A stretch of DNA of 63,764 nucleotides from Squalus acanthias (Eukaryota). This document shows, piece after piece, positions 62,170 through 63,764 of this stretch. The notes under the pieces are model-generated. The model worked only from the letters and a program-made list of their open reading frames with translations. It searched no databases and was not told the origin of the DNA. A program made the translations under genes and the position numbers. Position 1 is the stretch's first letter. Each line of letters starts with the position of its first letter. The stretch spans positions 199,144,237-199,208,000 of the forward strand of contig CM059426.1 in assembly GCA_030390025.1 (NCBI GenBank), read 5' to 3'.

Positions 62170-62926
62170 GGCCCAGATATTCCGATCGCAGGCCTCCCGC
62201 GGGCAGAGGACTGCGATCTGGAAAAATCTGCGCCCTTGCCTGAGGGCTCCCGGGACGCGCACAATTCCAATGCTGGGCCTCTCCAAACTGCAGGTGCGCA
62301 GGGCCCATGTATCCCAGAGGTGCAGGTAGTTCGCAGCGTCCCTGGGATCACGTGGGCCATGGGGAGCCAATCACAGAAGGGAATCTCCCTTCATACACTT
62401 GACAGAAAGACCTGTCAAACATATGAATGGAGATCACCCCCAAAACATAGTAAACCTTTAAATAAATTTTTTTTTAAATCACATTTTTAAAATGACTTGA
62501 AATTACAATAAATTAACTATTTTAAACAAAAATTTTAATTTTTGAAAAAAATAATTAAAGTTTTTTATGGGGCTAAAAATAAACTTACCTTTTTTTTAAA
62601 GTATTTTTAAATGATAAATCAGTGGAAATTTTTTTTAAACTTTTTTTCAACTCTTATCCTGGTAAAAGCAGGCCTTACGCCTGCTTTTACCATGCGTAAG
62701 AATTGTAAGGGTTTTCTGCGGACGGAGGGACTCCAAAAAGCGGAACTATCCGCCCGCAGAGGCCCTTCTCCCGGGCAGCCGGAGGATCTGTCAAGTGCTT
62801 TCTTGACAGATCGGAAATGCCGGTTTCCAGCGCATGCGCTGTGCATGCCTAAAACCGGCATTTCCGATGTCCCTACGAGTGAGTACACAGTGCGTATCCA
62901 CCCATAGGGATCGGAATATCCGGCCC
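62170..62926. mobile_element. 757-bp Harbinger-type non-autonomous element
   Basis: 18-bp TIRs GGCCCAGATATTCCGATC / GATCGGAATATCCGGCCC; TSD ATT (62167-62169, 62927-62929). Confidence 0.88.
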
Positions 62927-63149
62927 ATTATCTACAATCATGGAAAGTATCCATCTATAGAGGAGGAGCTGTCCACCAGATACTCCTGGAAATATCTCAA
63001 ACCTCCGGTAGGTTTTGTATTGACAGACAAGAGGACACATCAGCCACAAGAGGAGCAGATAATAATATTCATCATCAAGGCCACTGATTCATGGTTTTCA
63101 TGAGAAAAATGGACAAAATTGTGCAATGCAACCCACAAAACACAAAATT

Positions 63150-63345
63150 TAGGAGCATAGGAACAGCAGTAGGCCATTCAGCCCCTCGAGCCTGTTCCGC
63201 CATTTAGTTAGATCGTGGCTGATCTGCACCTCAACTCCTTTTTCCCGCCTTTGCTCCATATCTCTTGATACCATTACTGAACAAAAATCTATCAATTTAA
63301 GTTTGAAAATTTTTATTGACCTAGCCTCAATAGCCTTTTGGCCCA
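63150..63345 (-). mobile_element. CR1 3' tail fragment
   Basis: CAGTAGGCCATTCAGCCCCTCGAGCCTG.TCCGCCATT matches the tail at 48805-48880. Confidence 0.85.
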
Positions 63346-63764
63346 ATGAGTTTCTAATCTCGTCCATGTCACTGCGCATTGTGCAACATGCTGCTGAGAT
63401 GTCTATCAGCAACGGGACCTTCTATTTCCATCTTGGTGGCACTTGGAGATCCTCTACAGTGTGGCCACAGATTAACACTGGCAGTGGCCTGGTTACCCAC
63501 TATTCACCCCAAAGGCTACGCACAATAGAACAGAGAGATAAAAAAACATAAAACAATACAAAGATGAATTAGAACACAAAGAAACCATTATTGATGCTTG
63601 GGTCATGCTTACCAATATCAATTTCTGGCTTGCAGATAAGATATTCGTGATGACACTGGGGTTTTATATAACAGACAGGAATCTGTTACATTTAGAGATC
63701 GGGTATATTTTCCAATTCCGACACAGCGTGCTGCAAACCTTTCCCTCACTCACAAGGCCAACCT

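Noticed and set aside
62091-63007. Exon with strong acceptor (TTTTTTGTCTCCACAG) split by a MITE
   Set aside because: After removing 62170-62929, all three frames hit stops before the GTAGGT donor; no protein similarity recognised.

Overview
This window is vertebrate genomic DNA, very likely from a shark (inferred from the repeat content: CR1/L2 LINEs, SacSINE1-like DeuSINEs and GC-rich PIF/Harbinger MITEs). It is intergenic or deep-intronic. I found no convincing host exon, rRNA, tRNA gene or CRISPR array, and every long ORF traces to LINE ORF2, Harbinger remnants or tandem repeats. The dominant story is a layered PIF/Harbinger landscape. It includes four copies of a ~890-bp non-autonomous element in two subfamilies, a 1.75-kb element retaining a Myb/SANT remnant together with two ~825-bp deletion derivatives, several other MITE families with 3-bp TSDs, and at least two fossil transposase fragments. 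Other notable items are a hammerhead-ribozyme core in a Penelope-type fragment, a ~150-bp inverted repeat that extends a MITE's TIRs into flanking DNA, a 20-bp minisatellite starting exactly at a transposon TSD, a C/A-only higher-order repeat, and a 163-N assembly gap. I cannot support a wholly new biological system. The best novelty candidates are possibly uncatalogued TE families and TE-driven rearrangements. All counts and alignments were done by eye, and boundaries of old elements are approximate.
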